A DNA stretch of 28,117 nt from a virus (Duplodnaviria > Caudoviricetes): the IMG/VR virus record IMGVR_UViG_3300033067_001678, positions 1 through 28,117 of that record; one strand, written 5' to 3'. Position 1 is the stretch's first letter; every line of letters starts with the position of its first letter. Both the position numbers and the translations under genes were made by a program. The notes beneath the pieces were generated by a model, which was given only the letters and a program-made list of their open reading frames with translations, had not been told where the DNA came from and did no database searches. Below, piece after piece: positions 25,374-28,117 of the stretch.

Positions 25374-25655
25374 ATGAACTTTGACACCATCATCCGAGCC
25401 ATAGGCCGAGCCACCGCCGCGGTGATCATGTTTTTATTTTACGCGGCAGGGAAGAAGACCGCCCGAGACGAGGACGACCTTGAGGCGTTGAAAGAGTCGA
25501 ACGCCCAATTGACCCAACAGATGATCGATGGGGGAAAGGTGTGGAAAAAGTATGATGACCTCAAAAGCAAAATTCCTGATTCTTGGGTTGATGTTGGTGT
25601 CGTGCAGTCACAGGCCCCCAAGATGCCCCGAAAGAGTTCTGCCCCCCGAGCCTAA
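25374..25655 (+). CDS. Inner-membrane spanin (Rz-like)
   Basis: N-terminal hydrophobic segment then coiled coil; overlapped in the +1 frame by a lipoprotein gene. Confidence 0.65.
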   Translation: MNFDTIIRAIGRATAAVIMFLFYAAGKKTARDEDDLEALKESNAQLTQQMIDGGKVWKKYDDLKSKIPDSWVDVGVVQSQAPKMPRKSSAPRA

Positions 25656-25773
25656 AATCGTCTCCGAGTACAAATCCCTTCTTGCCGAGTCAGTTCCCTT
25701 CCTTAGAGAACCCACGCCTCATGAGGTTCTTGATCTGATGGAGTTTATCGAAACCCTCCAATCCATCCGGTAG
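25552..25773 (+). CDS. Outer-membrane lipoprotein spanin (Rz1-like)
   Basis: MMTSKAKFLILGLMLVS-C lipobox, Pro-rich linker; overlaps the 3' end of the Rz-like gene. Confidence 0.75.
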   Translation: MMTSKAKFLILGLMLVSCSHRPPRCPERVLPPEPKIVSEYKSLLAESVPFLREPTPHEVLDLMEFIETLQSIR

Positions 25774-25835
25774 CCCCCTAAAAAATATTTTATTTTCTCT
25801 CTTTTTTTATCATTGACAACCGAAACAGTTTCGGA
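25747..25835 (+). repeat. Right copy of the ~88-bp inverted repeat
   Basis: Reverse complement of 1802-1889; covers the last spanin codons, an AT-rich tract, TTGACA and the palindrome. Confidence 0.95.
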
Positions 25836-25841
25836 TAATCT
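25813..25841 (+). promoter_or_regulatory. Sigma70 promoter with a palindromic operator-like site in the spacer
   Basis: TTGACA 25813-25818, 17-bp spacer containing CCGAAAC-A-GTTTCGG (25820-25834), TAATCT 25836-25841, AT-rich upstream tract; AGGAG RBS before 25918. Confidence 0.75.
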
Positions 25842-25917
25842 ATTTTTATGAATTGGTGATGGACATCAACTCAGCCCACCGGACGGGGCAGACGGACGGA
25901 AAAACAGGAGAGACAAA

Positions 25918-26145
25918 ATGAAACTTCAAAAAATAAAAATTCAATCATCCCCCAGAAACTTCCACAACAGAATTGTCGAAATCAGAATTCCATCCGATGA
26001 GACATTTCAGGCCTACATCGATAATCTCAACTATTTGGAGGCGTGTCAAAATGACCCACAGGCTCGCCGCCGTCTCCGAGATTTAAAAAATAGAGTTTGC
26101 GGGATATCTGATTGTAAGTGCGGAATTGAGGTCTCCAATGACTAA
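25918..26145 (+). CDS. Hypothetical protein, 75 aa (CGISDCKCG), probably an early gene
   Basis: Clear promoter and AGGAG RBS upstream. Confidence 0.7.
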   Translation: MKLQKIKIQSSPRNFHNRIVEIRIPSDETFQAYIDNLNYLEACQNDPQARRRLRDLKNRVCGISDCKCGIEVSND

Positions 26146-26317
26146 CCAACGCATAGATGGCTATCTCTCTCGCCTCTGCCACCGCTATATCTATTTCTGA
26201 TTGGATAAGGTCTAATAACACTGGATTTAACTTTTGTTCTTCTCTTGATAGCCAAATGAAGTCATACTTCATAAGTTTTTCTATTGCTCTATCCTGCCAT
26301 TTGTTTTCTCTTTGCAT
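26027..26317 (-). CDS. Hypothetical phage protein; 3' end suspect
   Basis: The first ~55 aa (..LIQSEIDIAVAEARE) look like a phage small protein; the rest runs antisense through 25918..26145. Confidence 0.45.
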   Translation of the reverse strand: MQRENKWQDRAIEKLMKYDFIWLSREEQKLNPVLLDLIQSEIDIAVAEAREIAIYALVSHWRPQFRTYNQISRKLYFLNLGDGGEPVGHFDTPPNS

Positions 26318-26330
26318 AGTGTGTGGTTAT

Positions 26331-26483
26331 TTAATAATCCAAATTTGCAATAATAAAAAATGCTGGTATTAGTATTGCTGGAATAAGTAAAGCCAGTAAG
26401 TTGTTTGGAAAATGATTCCATATCAAAACTATCCAACACATTACACTGATTGTTATTAAACTTCCTTGTATTTGTTGTTTCAT
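26331..26483 (-). CDS. Small two-TM membrane protein, 50 aa (not in the ORF track)
   Basis: Hand translation MKQQIQGSLITISVMCWIVLIWNHFPNNLLALLIPAILIPAFFIIANLDY*; fills the gap between neighbours. Confidence 0.6.
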   Translation of the reverse strand: MKQQIQGSLITISVMCWIVLIWNHFPNNLLALLIPAILIPAFFIIANLDY

Positions 26484-26497
26484 ATCTTCTATATTAG

Positions 26498-26989
26498 TTA
26501 ATTAGTAATATCGCTCTTGTTGGTGATGAGGGATAGAAGTCGTGTTACCACATCTTGCGAAGTGTGTCCGTCCCATTCTTTTGCAATTTCTCGTTCTTCA
26601 CATTCAAACAAATCCCAGTCTTTCATCTCATAATGATTACTTATATCTCCGTTTGGTAAAGTTGCCACTACGATAAACCAGCCACCTCCAAAACATAATT
26701 CTCCGTCACTGTGTTTTTTACTTTTATGCACTGAGTATTTACCCTGCTTTACCCATTCATTGAATAGACAAGCGTTGTATATCTTTCTAAATTCGTATAG
26801 TTCTTTGAAAGTGTGATAACCATCTGATGTGTTCTCATCTACCTTACTCTCCTCTGTCATTTGCACAGTTTTATCTATGAGGGAGTCAAGTTGAAAATTA
26901 ACTGTTGCTTTAAATTGTTTGTCGTCCATTGAGCCTTTTCTACAATTACATATTATTTCAACTGCCTGTTCTTTTAGTTCTTTGTTCAT
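26498..26989 (-). CDS. WDGH-motif phage protein
   Basis: SDGYHTFKELY, KSKKHSDG, GWFIV..LPNGDISNHY and WDGHT motifs of a widespread phage family of unknown function. Confidence 0.75.
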   Translation of the reverse strand: MNKELKEQAVEIICNCRKGSMDDKQFKATVNFQLDSLIDKTVQMTEESKVDENTSDGYHTFKELYEFRKIYNACLFNEWVKQGKYSVHKSKKHSDGELCFGGGWFIVVATLPNGDISNHYEMKDWDLFECEEREIAKEWDGHTSQDVVTRLLSLITNKSDITN

Positions 26990-27024
26990 TGTTGTTTTAG
27001 TTAATGAGATGTGCCTTATTTTGT

Positions 27025-27189
27025 TTACATCTCTGCTAATAATTCATTTATTTCGGCATCTAATTTCTCAATCTCTGCTATCTTTTCTAGAATATCATTT
27101 GCAGTCTGGGCTCGTTCTTCTGCCAGTCCTGATTCATCTCCGTCCCATTCTCCTGCTATGTCTTCCATTTGTTTTTTTAGTTTGTCCAT
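27025..27189 (-). CDS. Small acidic helical protein, 54 aa (not in the ORF track)
   Basis: Hand translation MDKLKKQMEDIAGEWDGDESGLAEERAQTANDILEKIAEIEKLDAEINELLAEM*. Confidence 0.6.
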   Translation of the reverse strand: MDKLKKQMEDIAGEWDGDESGLAEERAQTANDILEKIAEIEKLDAEINELLAEM

Positions 27190-27212
27190 ACCTATTCATT
27201 ATCTCTTATAAA

Positions 27213-27812
27213 TTATTCTTTAATTACTGCCTTATAAGTTTTATCTCCAATAGTTACTGATACTTCGGTGCCGACCAAATTATCTTCTTTCTTTTCTTCT
27301 CCAATTGGCGTGATTTCATAATCTCCTAGTACATATTGATTTTTCCAATAAGTTGAGCCAGTTTTTGCTGTAATGTTTGTGAATTTATCTGAATCACTAC
27401 CTCCAATAAACCAACCTTTTGTAAATGATGCTTTTGCAGAAACCAGAGCATTACCATAAACCCAAGCATTACCAGAAACCTGAGCATCACCAGAAACCAG
27501 AGCATCACCATAAACCCAAGCACTACCATAAACCCGAGCATTACCAGAAACCTGAGCATCACCAGAAACCTGAGCATTACCAAAAACCTGAGCATCACCA
27601 GAAACCAGAGCATCACCATAAACCAGAGCATCACCATAAACCCAAGCATTACCAGAAACCCAAGCATTATTTTCTTGTGATAGGTTTTCTTCTTTTTCTA
27701 TATATCCTCCTAGTTCTCCTTTTACTACTGAACCAAAACTTATTTCTGCTTTAATTTGATATAAAGTTTTACCGAAAAACTCTTTTGTATTTTTTGTTAA
27801 TGAATATTTCAT
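27213..27812 (-). CDS. Hexapeptide-repeat (left-handed beta-helix) phage protein
   Basis: MKYSLT..KTLYQIKA..FG.V..GELGGYIEKEENL N-terminus followed by (G[ND]AxV[SYF])n. Confidence 0.85.
   Translation of the reverse strand: MKYSLTKNTKEFFGKTLYQIKAEISFGSVVKGELGGYIEKEENLSQENNAWVSGNAWVYGDALVYGDALVSGDAQVFGNAQVSGDAQVSGNARVYGSAWVYGDALVSGDAQVSGNAWVYGNALVSAKASFTKGWFIGGSDSDKFTNITAKTGSTYWKNQYVLGDYEITPIGEEKKEDNLVGTEVSVTIGDKTYKAVIKE
27441..27669. repeat. About 13 tandem copies of an 18-bp coding unit
   Basis: AACCnRAGCAYYACCAnA units encoding the hexapeptide repeat on the minus strand. Confidence 0.9.
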
Positions 27813-27822
27813 ATTTATTTAA

Positions 27823-27930
27823 TTATTCTCTTATAAATTCAGGGTCTTGTGCTATGTCATCATACTTATCTCGTTCTTCTTTTTCTTCGTAATCATCTCC
27901 TGCGTGGAGTGTTAGTTCTTCGTTGTTCAT
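27823..27930 (-). CDS. Possible small acidic peptide, 35 aa
   Basis: Hand translation MNNEELTLHAGDDYEEKEERDKYDDIAQDPEFIRE*; fits the gap between neighbours. Confidence 0.45.
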   Translation of the reverse strand: MNNEELTLHAGDDYEEKEERDKYDDIAQDPEFIRE

Positions 27931-27942
27931 ATTTGTGTTTGA

Positions 27943-28116
27943 TTAGAATAAATCATTAACTGACTTTTTGCCGACCCTTTCTGTGTTGTCTTGGCTGTCT
28001 GCGTCTTTTGTGTCGTCAATAGCAAACAAACCATTAAGAGCATATTTTCTTGCATATGAAGATGTTGCACCCGTAATCTGACTTGCGTCCATTCCCTTTT
28101 TTTCAAGTGCCTCTCT
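27943..28116 (-). CDS. erf: ERF-family ssDNA-annealing recombinase, 3' part (cut by the window edge)
   Basis: Hand translation REALEKKGMDASQITGATSSYARKYALNGLFAIDDTKDAD...DLF* contains the ERF signature G..S(S/T)YAR(K/R)Y.L..LF.I....D.D. Confidence 0.88.
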   Translation of the reverse strand, partial: REALEKKGMDASQITGATSSYARKYALNGLFAIDDTKDADSQDNTERVGKKSVNDLF

Positions 28117-28117
28117 T

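Noticed and set aside
27441-27669. 18-bp tandem array as a CRISPR array or non-coding repeat system
   Set aside because: There are no unique spacers, and the units are in-frame codons of a common hexapeptide-repeat phage protein.
27326-27754. Alternative-frame ORFs 27326..27667 (-) and 27425..27754 (+)
   Set aside because: They stay open only because of the 18-bp periodicity; they are shadows of 27213..27812.
1-28117. Stop-codon reassignment, tRNA or rRNA genes, integrase or transposase, introns or inteins
   Set aside because: Genes tile densely in the standard code with TAA, TAG and TGA all used as stops. TerL and capsid have normal lengths, and no such elements were recognised by eye.

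Overview
This window looks like part of a tailed dsDNA phage or prophage of a Gram-negative host, with a P22-like podovirus layout. From about 1.25 to 25.8 kb the + strand carries a near-complete late region: promoter and leader terminator, TerS, TerL, portal, FmdB-type zinc ribbon, a beta-helix protein, scaffold, major capsid, cement protein, adaptor, nozzle, an RcGTA-like head-spike pair, an alpha/beta hydrolase, a tail-fibre-like protein with a signal peptide, a GNAT-like protein, ejection proteins, and a lysis cassette (M15 endolysin, holin-like genes, overlapping spanins). An orphan trpD lacking its N-terminal domain lies upstream. After about 26.15 kb the DNA becomes AT-rich, switches to the minus strand and lacks clear Shine-Dalgarno sites; it encodes WDGH-motif, hexapeptide-repeat and ERF recombinase proteins and may have a different origin. 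Two hidden structures stand out. An ~88-bp inverted repeat (55 bp perfect, containing a 7-1-7 palindrome) brackets the whole 24-kb packaging-to-lysis module. A 26-bp direct repeat flanks an in-frame, AT-rich, ART-like domain inside the largest ejection protein. All product calls come from motifs and gene order read by eye; no searches were run.
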